DNA from: Azolla caroliniana
Lineage: Eukaryota > Plantae > Polypodiophyta
DNA: 64,000 nt
Reading direction: 5' to 3'
Assembly (NCBI GenBank): GCA_043228905.1
Contig: JBHGNT010000004.1
Coordinates: forward strand, 19,220,001-19,284,000
The position numbers were made by a program, and so were the translations under genes. The number at the start of each line of letters is the position of its first letter. Position 1 is the first letter of the stretch. Below the pieces are notes generated by a model. The model was given only the letters and a program-made list of their open reading frames with translations, was not told where the DNA came from and ran no database searches. Positions 23,651-36,778 of the stretch are shown here, in pieces.

Positions 23651-25484
23651 CCCTTATTATTGGATGTTTCATGTGCATAGAGGCTGTATGCCTCGATTAC
23701 GTGTCTCGATTTCATCATATGTTGGCTATTTGATGTTGCGATTTTTCTTAATATATGCATATCTAGTCACGTGTATACGTATTTGATCGTATATGTGTAT
23801 GTTAGTTATAACGTGATTTATATATCGAAGGTTGTCCTTTTCGGGGAAAGGATCTTGGTGTCCGTCCTCACATTTTTGTGAGAATGGCATAGTCATCATC
23901 CTTTTTTCAACAATCTTTTTTGTTGACATTCCCATTGGTCACTTCGATTTCGTTATGTAACGAAACGATCATAGCCACAATGATGATGAGAACGTAGGGC
24001 TTGACCCACTTCATGTGAGGTCACTCCTAGGACACACATATCCAACATCCCTCCCTCATTTCATGGATACGATGCCACCATGAGATCATTTTTACGAAAG
24101 GCATTTGTAATGACTTAACCATGTGATGGGCCACATGGGCCTACTACGAAAAGAGGGCTCATTTGGCTTGACCATTAGGTTGCACTTTGGCATATGCCAT
24201 CGTAATTATGAGACTTGAGGTTAGGTAACATACCAACATAGTTTGTGGTAAACGAGAGGGAAATAAGGATTCTTGGCATATATGTTTCTTTAAATAAAAA
24301 ACATATATGGGCAAATGCCTCGCATATCTCTAATACGCATAAAATGTTAAACATTCAATATGAGCAACCTATTTGGTTAGCTCAAGTGTTTACTACATTT
24401 GTTCTCATGGTCTCGAGTTCAAATATGACCAAGACCATACAACATCGTTGATACATATGACTATAATACATGTTTAGACGTTAGGTCTAAGTGCACTTCG
24501 GGGTCCTCGTAATAGGACTTAGAGAACCGAAACCACATATGTGGGCACACAAACATAATTTATTGTTAACATTTTTTTCGTGTATAAACTAGTCATGATG
24601 CGAACATGCATGGTTGAGCCTCGGGGAGCTGCCATTAAAAAAATCGATATAGAGATCAGGGAAAGACATTCATTTGTCACCCCCATGGTTTTTGAAACAC
24701 CTTTGTGTTACCATAGTAACCACCTGATCTTGAACCCCATCTCATACATCTAGAGAGGTAATGACATGGGATCATGATATCGATTAATGTTTGCCCATGA
24801 TATGTTTACATCACGACTTGATGTTATGACTATTTGTCTGACCTTATCCTATTTCTTTGCTAGAAATAATCATTCAATGGCTCAGAATAACGACCTGATG
24901 TCATCCGCTCAAGCGGAAGGAACTCAAGGAAATCCTCATGGAGCAATCTCCATTGAGTCGTATTTCTTACAAATACAAAATTTCCTTAGTTCAACCGTTC
25001 ATCAAATATCTGAACTTCAGCAATCTCAAAGTTCTCTCGAGGCACGTGTCATTAGTTTACAATGTGACACTAATTGACCCAATGAGCATCAGGGTGAACC
25101 ATCATTTGTCGTAAAGCCATTTATGGGAGAAAAAAAGGAAAGAATCGAAGAAGCAATCTACACATGGTTGGGCCGATGGGAGTCTCATTTTGAGCTCTAT
25201 CCCACGCCAGATAGTACGAAGATTGCATATGTCGGCCGAGAACTAGGGGGTAAGGCCGCCGCCTGGTGGCGTGGGCTCCGAACTTTGGGGAAATTGCCCG
25301 ATACCTGGATAGATTTTGTCACAATTTTTAAGGGCCAATTTCTGCAACCTCCCTCTCGAACCGAAGCAACACAAGCTTTAATGAACCTCTCTAGTAGGAA
25401 GTTTTCCTCGTTAGAAGACTATGTCCACCATGCTAGAACCCAAATCCAAAAATCGGGTCTAGAAGGGGACAATTGGTTAATAAC

Positions 25485-28400
25485 TGTTGAGCGGCAAGCT
25501 CAACTGGAGCCGGATCGGCTGGATAAGCCTGAGCCGGTGAGTGAGACGGATCGGTAAGCCGGTGAGCAACCGAACCGGCAAGCAACAGAGCCGGTGAACT
25601 GGGGAGCCGATTAGCCGGATCCAATCGGTAACCAGAAGCCTAGTATTAGTTTAGACTACTAGGCAGTTATAGTCTCATAGTAAGTGTCAGATGCTCGTGT
25701 GAGCATTGAAGTACGCGGTACTTTTGTCAGTCCCACGAGGACTTGTATAAATAGTGCTACTGAGCATAGTTGTAATGAGAGAGAGTGTTTATATTGTTTT
25801 GAATATAGCTTTTACGTTCTGCTCTCTTTGTCTCTCCCATGTACTCTGTGTATTCTCTGCTTTCTCTGTTTTCTAACGCTTCCGCAAGTAATCGTTTTCA
25901 TGGTATTAGAGCACGAGGGTTGAGAACCTCTGCAACCGACAAACGCTTGAAAGCAAACCCTAACAGGACGTAAGAACAACAAATAGAGAAGTGATGGATA
26001 GAGGAAGGGCTAGCTCACTCCCTGTGGAGAAACTCGACAGATCCAACTATGCATCTTGGTCGTACAAGATGCACTAGTACCTGATTGGGCATGGCTACTG
26101 GAGTTTCGTCGAAGGAGCCAACAAAACAGCACCTGATGCGGCACATAAGGATTTCCCAGTGTGGGAACAATCGGCAAGCAGAGTGATGTACTGCTTCGCA
26201 TCCAATGTCGGAGACCAGTTGCTGAGCCACATCCTCGACACCAATGACGTCGACACCGCCCTGTTTGCAAAAGGACAGAAGGTCGAATCAGACATCAACC
26301 TATGGCACAAGTGGATAGGCCACGTCAATTATTGGAGGCTTCAACACCTGCAAACGAAACAAGTTGTTTTCGGTTTGCCGAAGTTCAACGGCCGGAAGGC
26401 CCAAGTATGTGAAGCCTGCCAACTCGGGAAGCAACACCGGCTTCCATTCCCTACCGAACGTAACCGGAGCCGTAAAAGGCTCGACCTTATCCATTCTAAT
26501 GTGTGGGAACCGACAGAGAATGTTAGTCTTGGCGGGAGTTGATATTTCATCTCCTTCATCGACGACTATACGCGACACACATGGATCTACCTCATTGAGC
26601 GGAAGAGTGAAGTCTTCGAGTGTTTCCGGAGTCTCCAAAGCATGGTGGAACGGGAATCGGAGAGGAAGATCAAATGCCTACGGTCGGATGGCAGAAAACA
26701 ATACTTTTCCGGCCAATTCAACAGTTATCTGCAGCAAAAGGGAATTCGGCGAGAGTTTAGCTGCAGATACACAACACAACAAAACGGTGTTGCCGAAAGG
26801 AAGAACCGGTCACTTATTGATGCGGCAAGGGCAATGCTGGAGGAGAAGAGCATGCCCAAATTCTACTGGGCGGAGGCAGTCCGAACGGTTGTCTACATCC
26901 AGAACCGGATCGGTGACAAGGTGTCAGCTCACGAGCTGTATTTCGGGTGCAAGACGAATTTGAGACACCTTAAGATCTTCGGTAGCATTGCATATGTGCA
27001 TGTACCAGATGAGAAGCGGAGGAAGCTGGATGCAAAATCGGAAAAATGCATCCTAGTCGGCTATGCTCAAGAGAAAAAGGGTTATAAGTGTTATAACCCC
27101 CGGACAAAGCAGGTTCGAGTTAGTCGAGATGTCGAGTTTGATAAATCGGCATCGTGGTACTCCTTACCGACTCCGACTTCCGAATCCGACCCGATGCCGG
27201 AGAATGAGGCTAGTGAGCCTGAACCGGTCCAGGTAGATGATGATGAAGCGTGGACTCAGGATGAGAGTCCGGAATCGTTTCGGTTGAGCAGGCCGAACGA
27301 GAGATTGAGTCAATCTGACCAATCCGATGAGGAACCGGCAAAGGGGGACCTAGTTGACCCTCCCCGTCACTGTAAACCGATCGGATGCAAGTGGGTGTAC
27401 AAGATAAAGTACAACGCCGACGGTTCAGTTAACAGGTAGAAGGCCCGATTAGTGGCGAAGGGATATGCGTAGACCCACGGAATCGACTACGACGAGACCT
27501 TCGCTCCGATAGCGAAGATGACGACGGTTCGTGTGGTGCTAGCGGTTGTTGCAGCAAGGGGGTGGCATCTTCACCAGATGGATGTGAAGAATGCGTTTCT
27601 TGAGGGTGATCTTGAAGAAGAAGTCTTTATGACTCAGCCCCCCGGTTTTCAATCGGAGATGAACAAGTCGACGGTATGCCGGTTGAAAAAGTCGTTGTAC
27701 AGCCTGAAGCAAGCCCCTCGAGCTTGGAATGCGAAGATCACGCACCGGTTGCGTAAGATGGGGTTTGCGGCCTCCAAGTCCGTCTCTTCGTTGTTCATCC
27801 GGCAAGGCTCAACCGGTCCGGTATGTATCCTGTTGTATGTTGATGATTTAGCCCCTCGAGCTTGGAATGCGAAGATCACGCACCGGTTGCGTAAGATGGG
27901 GTTTGCGGCCTCCAAGTCCGTCTCTTCGTTGTTCATCCGGCAAGGCTCAACCGGTCCGGTATGTATCCTGTTGTATGTTGATGATTTAGTCATCACCGGA
28001 CCGGGTCTTCCAAAACTTAACCGCGTCAAGTCCCAGTTGTTGGATGCATTTGAGATGAAGGACCTGGGGGACCTTCATTATTTTCTTGGGATCGAGGTGA
28101 TCCGAACCCCCGATGGCATATTGCTCTCACAATGACATTACGTCTTGAATATGTTGTACAAGTTCGGCATGACAAAATGCCGACCTGTCTCCACACCCTT
28201 GGACCGGAACCAGAAGCTTCATCCCAACTCCGGACCGGCCTGCAACGAGAAACGGTTCCGACAAATTGTCGGAAGCCTTATTTACTTGACTATCACGCAA
28301 CCCGACATCAGCTATCCGGTCGGAATGATAAGTCAGTTCATGTAGAAGCCGACCGTGGAGCACCTTCAGTGCGCGCAATAGATACTACGATATGTAAGCG

Positions 28401-30150
28401 GCACGAAGGATCGGGGACTGTTATACCGGCGAGGTATAACCGAAGAGCTAGTCGGTTACACAGATGCCGACTGGTTCGGCGATGCGTCGGATCGCAGATC
28501 CACTTCCAGTTTTATGTTTACCCTTGGGAGCGTAGCTGCTGCGTGGAGTAGCAAAAAGCAGCCAACAGTGGCTCTGTGAAGCACTGAGGCTGAGTACCGG
28601 GGAGCGACCGTTGCCACCTGTGAAGCCATTTGGCTTCGGCGACTGCTGTGAGACTTGTGGATCGAGGTACCGACCCCGATCCCGATTTATTGTGATAACA
28701 TCAACAGCATGCAACTCGCCAAGAACCCTGTGTTCCATGCTCGCACGAAGCACATAGAAGTGCATTATCACTTTGTGCGTGAGCGGGTCCTGAGCGGTGA
28801 AGTTGAACTACGGTATGTTCACACAGATCAGCAAGTTGCCGACATCTTCACCAAGCCGCTCGGGTCGGACAAGTTGGAACACTTTACTGACATGCTTGGT
28901 GTTCAACATCTCAACGTGCCACACTTGAGTGGGAGAAGAAGGGGCAAAGACACTGCCGGAACGGGCAAAGGCAAAGAAATTGTTGCCGACACCGGTAAGG
29001 GTAGAACCGGAAGAGGGGGAGACAAGGAGGAAAAAGAAGCCAAGTCGACGAAGAAAGTCGGCACGTCCAAACAAGTCGGAACGAGCGGCAGTGGTGGCAA
29101 GGTCAAGGAGGACCGAGCCAACCGGAAAGAAGAACTGTGCACGCAGGAAGAAAAGTGCATACTATGCGGAGTTAATCATCATCATCACGGTGGCAGTGAC
29201 CGAGATACGGAGTCGAATGAAGAATTAGACTTCGGTGAACCGGCTGAAGAAGCCGAGGATGGAAGCAAGGCCAAGACCCGAACGTGGTCTGATGTGGTGA
29301 AGGGCCTTGAACCGAAAGACAAGTCGGAGGATACCGACTCGGACAAGAGCTGGAACGAGTCGGGAGTGACCGATTCAAAAAAAAGCTGGAACGAATCGGA
29401 GACAGCCGATTTGGATCAACAGACGGATCCGGATGAACCGAATCAACTAGAGGCCAAACACACACGGATGTAGCGGAAGTCGGTGCCATCGCGGAGGAAC
29501 CGACGGATCAGCAAGTGCCGGAGTCATAGCAGCGAAGGAGCTGAGAGGGGCCTATTGAGTAGACATGCCGACCGAGAAGGTTGAGGCGCGCAGAACTAGA
29601 AGGGTTGCGGCAAACGGGACCAGACCGGATGAGGAGCGCGAGCAAGGCAGAGCGACGCCAGGAGAAGTCGGTAGGAAGAACCGACTGCCACAAAGGACAC
29701 TAGGATCCAACCTCAAGTTGAGCTTGAGGGGGAGTGTTGAGCGGCAAGCTCAAATGGAGCCGGATCGGCTGGATAAGCCAGAGCCGGTGAGCGAGACGGA
29801 TCGGTAAGCCGGTGAGCAACCAAGCCGGCAAGCAACAGAGCCAGTGAGCTGGGGAGCTGGTTAGCCGGATCCAATCGGTATCCGAAAGCCTAGTATTAGT
29901 TTAGACTACTAGGCAGTTATAGTCTCGTAGTAAGTGTCAGATGTTCGTGTGAGCATTGAAGTACGCGGTACTTTTGTCAGTCCCACAAGGACTTGTATAA
30001 ATAGTGCTACTGAGCATAGTTGTAATGAGAGAGAGTGTTTATATTGTTTTGAATATAGCTTTTACGTTCTGCTCTCTTTGTCTCTCCCGTGTACTCTGTG
30101 TATTATCTACTTTCTCTATTTTCTAACGCTTCCGCAAGTAATCGTTTTCA
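25485..30150 (+). mobile_element. Decayed, internally deleted Ty1/copia
   Basis: 416-bp LTRs 25485-25900 and 29735-30150 with multiple differences, TSD ATAAC, PBS tggtattagagc, PPT gagggggag. Gag joins directly to the pre-integrase region; INT/RT/RH have stops. Confidence 0.95.
27713..27988 (+). repeat. 138-bp in-frame tandem duplication in copia RT, duplicating YVDD
   Basis: APRAWNAK...LLYVDDL occurs twice. Confidence 0.95.
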
Positions 30151-31886
30151 ATAACTTGTTTTGTCAATGCCATCCCCAATTCGGACTATCACTGGATAAT
30201 GCACGATAAGGATCCAAAATCCTTCAAAGAGGCCATTGAAATAGTTCTTCGCTATCAATGCACTTCGAAGAAGGACCATAACAAACCCAACGAAACGCTC
30301 GGGACTAAGCAGTCGCAATTCGCTGGGAAACGCAAGACACCCAATGAACTCATGGATCGCGATTGTAAGCGACAACATCCTTTTTGCGTATTCTACAAAA
30401 AGAAGGTTCATACAAAAGAACAATGTCAAAAGCTCCAACGGAAAGAGCACGACAATAAAGCAAAAGTTGCAGACCATAAAGGTCAGATTCTTAATGTCCT
30501 TGAGGTCTATACACATCATTTAAGTAATTGTCAATGTATTGGGACCCAATGATTTACTACGTGCAAACGAGTATGTCAATGGATCTCCCGTACAATTTTT
30601 ATTTGATTCGGGAACTCACACAATTTTGTGAATGATCCTTTGGTTCAGATATGGGGAATCCAACCCATCGTAAGTGATCACACCTATAGGGTGCATTTGG
30701 CTGATGGAAGAGTACAATACATCAATGGGGCGATTCACTCATTAGGAATTTCTATTGATACTTATGTAGAGGAAGTAGACTTCCATGTAATGAATCTTTG
30801 TATCACTGATGTAATACTGGGTTATCCCTAGTTTTATAATAAAAACTCTTCTTTGTCTATTGATTGGGTTCGTCATTCCATTTCCTTTGTATTAAACGAT
30901 TGTACTCATTTTATTCAATGTGTAAATAAACAATCCCTTTCGATTGTTTCCTCTCCATCAATATCTGAGTTGTCTTGTTCTTCTTTATTTTATTGTTTGC
31001 TTGATCCAAACATTCACGTTTATAATATTGATAACGTCTTGGGTCAATTGACATATTTTGAACAACAACCACTCGATAAAATCTTAAATGATTTTCATGA
31101 TTTTTTCCGAGTGAACTACCACATGGGTTACCTCCTAAACGTAATATAGACCATCGTATAGATATTGTACCTGGCATTGCACCAATAAGTAAACCTCCTT
31201 ATCGCTTAAGTCGATCTAAAGAGGATAAGGTATCTAAGTAACTCAAGGACTATTTACGAATGGGTTATATACGTTATAGTAAATCTCCATGGGGTGCACC
31301 TGTTCTCTTGGTAAAAAAGAAAGAGGGCACATGGCGTATGTGTATTAATTATCGACGCTTGAATAAAGTGATGATCAAGAATTCATATCCATTACCCCGG
31401 GCTGACGATCTAATTGACCATCTCCAGGGAGCTCGGTATTTTACGAAACTTGATCTTCGTACAAGCTACCATCAAATTCGTATAAGTGAGGATGATGTTC
31501 CTAAAATGGAATTCCGTACATGCTATGGCCATTATGAGTTTTTCGTTATTTTCTTGGATGACATTTTAGTTTATAGTCGTACATTAGAAGAACATGCTAA
31601 ACATGTCTGCTTTGTTTTACAAACATTGTGTGACAAGCAATTCTACGCGAAGATCTCAAAATGCGAGTTCTTCAAGAAATCAATTACTTATCTTGGACAT
31701 CTCATAACCGAACGAGGAGTTGAAATTGATCCTTCTCGCATCGAGAAAATCATACTTTGGCCCACTCTTTGGAATATTCGAGAAGTTCAATCATTCCTTG
31801 GTTTTGTTGGGTTTTTGCAAAAATCCCTTCGTAATTACTCCCAGTTGATAATGCCATTTACTGATCTTCTAAAAGGTCAAACGCGT

Positions 31887-32673
31887 TGTCGTGAAGATTT
31901 CTGGCTACGGTGAGAAAACCGGGAGGGACAAATAAAATGGGGATGTGCAACATTGCACATGCACTTCTAAATTTGTGTAATAAGAATAAGTAAACAAGTG
32001 TAAAAGGGAAGGGTAGAATCTAAAGTGTTAAGGTGCTCTACGAAAGTTGTTAAGTGTAAATGTGATGTGCACTTTGTAGAGTAGAATGAGTAGTGGGCAT
32101 TGAGTGTGAATGTGATAGGAGAGAGAGAGTTAAAGGCCCACCGATTTAAGATCAAGGCCAAATATTCCCCATTTAATGAAAGGGGATTTGACTACCTTTG
32201 TAATGTGCCTCACCCCTTACTAGTATAAAAGGGAGTGAGGGGTCACTTGTGAAGGGGTTGCCTATTTGGAGGGGGAGAGGCATACCACTTGGGTGGAGGG
32301 TTTCCTATTCAGTTTTAGGGTTTCGGTTAGGATTTCTTCTAGGGTTTCTTCTTGGGTTTCCTTTAGGGTTTTACTATACTTCTTTACTTGCTGATCTGGT
32401 GAGGGTTTTCTTGTAGTCGTTATTGTTTTTGGTGCGTCCTATGCGGCCTTGGTTGTAATCTTTTGTGAACTCTTAATATAGCATGTTGATTTTCTTGCCT
32501 TGTGGGTGTATCTTGCCTCCATCTATTCTATTCTATGTTTATGTGTTATTCTTCCTCTTTTCCTCTTGAGCTGAGCTTCCATATTGTGTCTTATTCCTTC
32601 TCCTCTACTCCCTAGTCCAAGACCCTCGTGGTCCCACCTCGAATCCTACATGTACTCGCGGAATATCGCGACA
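31887..32673 (+). mobile_element. Solo LTR of the 5950-6698 family within chromovirus pol
   Basis: tgtcgtgaagattt..cgcgaca termini; flanks gcgt/acat (4-bp TSD with two G>A); removal restores KGQTRKSTKPI. Confidence 0.82.
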
Positions 32674-35071
32674 ACATAAGTCTACAAAACCTATTGTGCG
32701 GAATGCTATACTAGATCTCGCCTTTAAGGAACTCAAGGACCTAGTGTGGAAGGCTCCTTCACTTCTTTTACCTGATCCTTAAAAACCTTTGGAGGTTGAA
32801 CTAATGCAGGCGATTATGCTATAGGTGTTGTCTTATATCGAGATGGTAAACCAATAGCATTCGAGAGTAAGAAACTTGATTCTACTCAATGTCGGTATAC
32901 CGTTCAAGAAAAGGAGTTATTTGCAGTTATACATGTGCTCAAAACATGGCACCATTATCTTTATGGAAATCGTTTTGTGGTAACTACAGACCACGAGTCC
33001 TTGAAATATTTTTGTGACCAACAAGACCTGAAAGGTCGTAAGGCACAATGGGCTAATCTCATCCAGGACTTTGATTTTTCCATACGATATCGTAAAGGCT
33101 CCATGAACATTGTCGTTGATGCACTAAATCGCATCCGTGAAGTTAACATGCTTAGCTTCACTGAAATAACATCAGATCTTTATGATCACCTTCGAGGAAA
33201 GTATCCTGATGACAGTTATTTTGCGAAATACTAGACAAGAGTTGAGTTTGGAACATACACCACCACATCCTCGAAGGAATCCTTCCACATTGCTAACGGT
33301 CTGCTCTACCGTAATGGGAAGGTTTGTGTTCCAGATTTGCCTGAGGTCAAAAAGAGAATTCTTTTTGAATGCCATGATGCACCCTCAGTAGGGCACCCTG
33401 GAAAACATTGTACACTCGTTCTCATCTCCACTCAATTCTATTGGCCTAAGATTTGTCCTGACATACATAGCTATGTGACTAAATGTCACCAATGTCAAGT
33501 TAATAAAGTCGAGTGACTTAAAGCCGCACGACTTTTACATCCCTTGGACATTCCCAATAATAAGTGGGAAAGTATATCCATGGATTTTATTGTTAGCCTT
33601 CCTCGCACCCAAAAAGGCCATGATGCCATCTGGGTTGTGGTTGATAGACTAACTAAAATGGCGAGCTTTATTGCTACTAAAACCACGGTAACAACTCCTG
33701 AATTGGCTTACCAATTCGTTGACAAGTTATTTCATTTTTATGGGTTACCAATGGATATCGTGAGTGATCGAGATCCAAAGTTTACTAGTGACTTCTGGAC
33801 GCAAGTCTTTAAGAAGTTAGAAACTACATTGAGCATGAGCTCCACGGATCATTCTCAACCCGATGGACAGACAAAATGAGTAAATCAAATTATTGAGGAC
33901 ATGCTTTGAGCATACGTTGGTGCAAAACCAACAAAATGGGAACGTTACCTCCCAATTTTGGAGTTTACTTATAATAGCTCCAAGCATACGTCGACAAGAT
34001 ACAGTCCTTTTATGTTGATGTATGGTTTTCATCCAGGAGCCCCAATTGATGTTAATATACATCATCATGAGTTGCGAAGTACGCAAAACTTTCTTCGGGA
34101 TATGCAAGATATGTTGCATATTGCATGAGATAATATAAAAATAGCTCAACATAGAGCACGTTTTTACGCCGATCATAATAGTCAACCTCATGTATTCAAC
34201 CCTGCACATAAGGTATTTTTACGTGTACCTCACAATTCTAAGACATTGTCTACGGGTCCTCAAGGTTTTGTGAACCTTTTCAAGTCCTCAAACGCATTGG
34301 TTCATCAACCTATCGTCTCGCTCTTCCCGATGGCATTGAAATTCATCCAATTTTTCATGTAAGTCGTCTAAAAGAACTTCTAGGTTCTGGCGACAATACA
34401 ATTACAACTGAAACTCTGGTTACTTCTGAAGAATTATCTTCTAAACCACATGTACCAGAAAGAATTCTCGATGTTAAAACAAAAAATCTGCGTACTACAA
34501 TAATACGAGAATTTAAAATTAAATGGATGGATAAATCTATCAAAAATGCCACATGGGAACGCGAAAATACTCTTAGAACTAACTTTCCATTGCAAGAGTG
34601 CAATGTTTTAAAGAGGGGGAGTATGTTACAGGCATGACCATATATTATCCCGTGGTGAGAATTTACCGTAGTATTCTATACAGGTGGATAAGTGTGAGGG
34701 TTATACGAGAGTGTAAGGGGAGGATTACTTTTAATCCTCGAGATTGAGACAACCCATCAGGCCAAGTGTGAACTTGCCTGGGGGCCTTGGGTATCGCTAT
34801 AAATATGAGGCCTAGCTACCCTCATTTCATGAGATCTTGACTACGTCGAGACTCTTTTTCATAGTGGTTCAACTCTTGTAGTGAGCACGCCAACACCAGG
34901 TAAGACTCGACGCCACGGCGGTGGTATGGGACGCTAATCGAGGCTCGAGTCCGTCTCGATCCCTTCGCTCGGGGTTGTTCGGGTGGATCGGCACCCTTCT
35001 TTCTCTCTCTCCTTTCTTTCTATCTATCTTTTATCCTTATCATATGCTTACTTTAGATCATAACTCTAACA

Positions 35072-36466
35072 ATGGAGCTCGGGGACGGTGTTAGGAGCCG
35101 GAGGACTTGTATGAGCGGGGAGATGACCGAGGTCTATCGTTGCAAATGCTTGTGGTGAGCGGTAATGGTGCGGTTCATTATTGGCAAAGTGTGGGTTATG
35201 GAAAAGAACTTGAGGCCCCCCAGGGTTGGGATAAGGTTTAAATGCCTATTTAACCTCATTAGTTGCGGTGTTGCGGGTGAAAAGGAGGTTAGATGCTCGG
35301 TGACGAGGACGTTGCGCTTGTTTGGAGTTATTATTGGAGCGGTGGTTTGAGTTAAGGTGAGAGTTAGGAAAAGGGTTAGTGGTATTTTTGGAATTAAAGT
35401 TAGTGTTTGGGTTAGACTTAGGTTCTGGGTTAGGGTTTAGGGTAAAGTTTAGATTCTTTTTGGGGTTGGGTGTGGGTGTGTGATTAGAATTTTTATTTAG
35501 GTTCATAGTATGGGGGACAAAAAATTTAGTATTATTTATCTCGGCTTCTACGGAACCAATGTACGAGGGACTGCCATAAAACATCTCATTATCATTTTCT
35601 TCTTCCCCTTCATACATTGTAATGTCTATATCTCTAATATTAGGGTTTTCATACCTATTTTGTGCTCTTGTTTTATCTCTAAGTTTTGTGGCTGTTCTCT
35701 TAAGTGTATCATCAATGTTGTGATTTAGTGCGAAATCGTCACACATTTTTAGGATTTCAGAGTCAAAATCTTGTAGTAACGTATTAATCATTTCATGAAA
35801 ATTAGCAGGCTCAACATATGATGACACATTCTCAAAATGTTGGGGTTCTTGAAGGATGTTCGCAAAGTTATGTAGATATGATCTAATGGTATTAGGGAAA
35901 TTATCTAGGGTTTTAGTATAGGAGTGCACTAGTAAGTCTAGATGTTTAATATAAGTACTTGTTAGATCTTTATTATATTGATTAGTTAGGGTTAGAAAGT
36001 CCTTATGCATGCTATTGTTAATTTCTTCATGATCTATCTTTAGCTTGGGGGGATGAATTCTAAGATTATTAGGGGTTCATTCATGAGAGTATAAGTTCAA
36101 CATCGTACTATGGGTATTTGTGGCTTGTTTTTCTCTTTTGAAGAGTTGTTTAAATTCTGCGAATACTCTAGTTTTATATTCTTCTAAGTATTTCGAGCAA
36201 AATGATGTATTAGAAGATGATAACTTAGTATTGGAAACCTTAGTATCAGGAGTGGAGTTGATGAGTGAGGGAGAGAGAATATAATCTCGAGCATGCTTTT
36301 GTGGTCTTTTATTTGCACTATTGCGCTTGATAGGGGTCGGTGTAGCTGATGCCATCGTTTCAGACGTCATTATCGTGGGTTGAGGGAACTCTTCACTAGA
36401 TGGTTGCCCGAACATTGTCGATGCAGATCCATTGTGGGTTCCTATCTCCGGTGAATGAACCTCCAT
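35072..36466 (-). pseudogene. N-terminal part of the PLE ORF
   Basis: ATG just downstream of the pLTR; ORFs 36077-36466 and 35246-36010 lead toward the GLKF motif. No convincing GIY-YIG. Confidence 0.6.
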
Positions 36467-36603
36467 GTGATATGTTGAATCTTTAGTAGTTGTTGGTCGT
36501 ATGGCCTAAGCAAGGAGTGCGAGCGTATAACCTTCAGCGGTTGAATAGTTAGGTTAAATAGTATGGTACCTAAAGAATAGTATAAAAGAGAATAATAGGG
36601 GAG

Positions 36604-36643
<40 letters not shown>

Positions 36644-36665
36644 AATTTCAATTTATGTAAGAAAA

Positions 36666-36718
36666 GGTCTTTTGGCAAACATGTTTCGCTCTATATGAGC
36701 TCATTAGTGCTAAAGACC
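36666..36718 (-). ncRNA. Type I hammerhead ribozyme in the 5' pLTR
   Basis: GGTCTTTAGCA-CTaATGA-GCTC ATATA GAGC-GAAA-CATG-TT-TGCCAAAAGACC; one core substitution. Confidence 0.85.
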
Positions 36719-36778
36719 ATATACAAAAATGTGAGAGGCTTATATAAGGGAAGATGAAAGAAGAGAGAAGGAGAGTGT

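Larger units (their letters stand above)
17366..35071 (+). mobile_element. Decayed chromovirus Ty3/gypsy; 5' LTR 17366-17412 + 22801-23194, 3' LTR 34624-35071
   Basis: LTR similarity, iMet PBS 23197-23208, gag ~24880-25484 resuming at 30151, protease IDSGNSHNF, RT FLDD, RNase H, integrase SMDFIVSLP, chromodomain PERILD..KW...ATWE, PPT 34610-34623. First ~19 nt of the 5' LTR are missing. Confidence 0.9.

Noticed and set aside
24375-24430. SINE-like A/B boxes in the chromovirus leader
   Set aside because: Too degenerate, with no tail or TSD.
35425-35445. Telomeric repeats (ttaggg tttaggg); also ~32310-32370
   Set aside because: Only two or scattered units, explained by NP-rich codons or LTR telo-box-like motifs.
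35555-35585. FYGSPSYIG as a GIY-YIG nuclease
   Set aside because: Wrong spacing and no downstream conserved R/H/E/N motifs recognisable.
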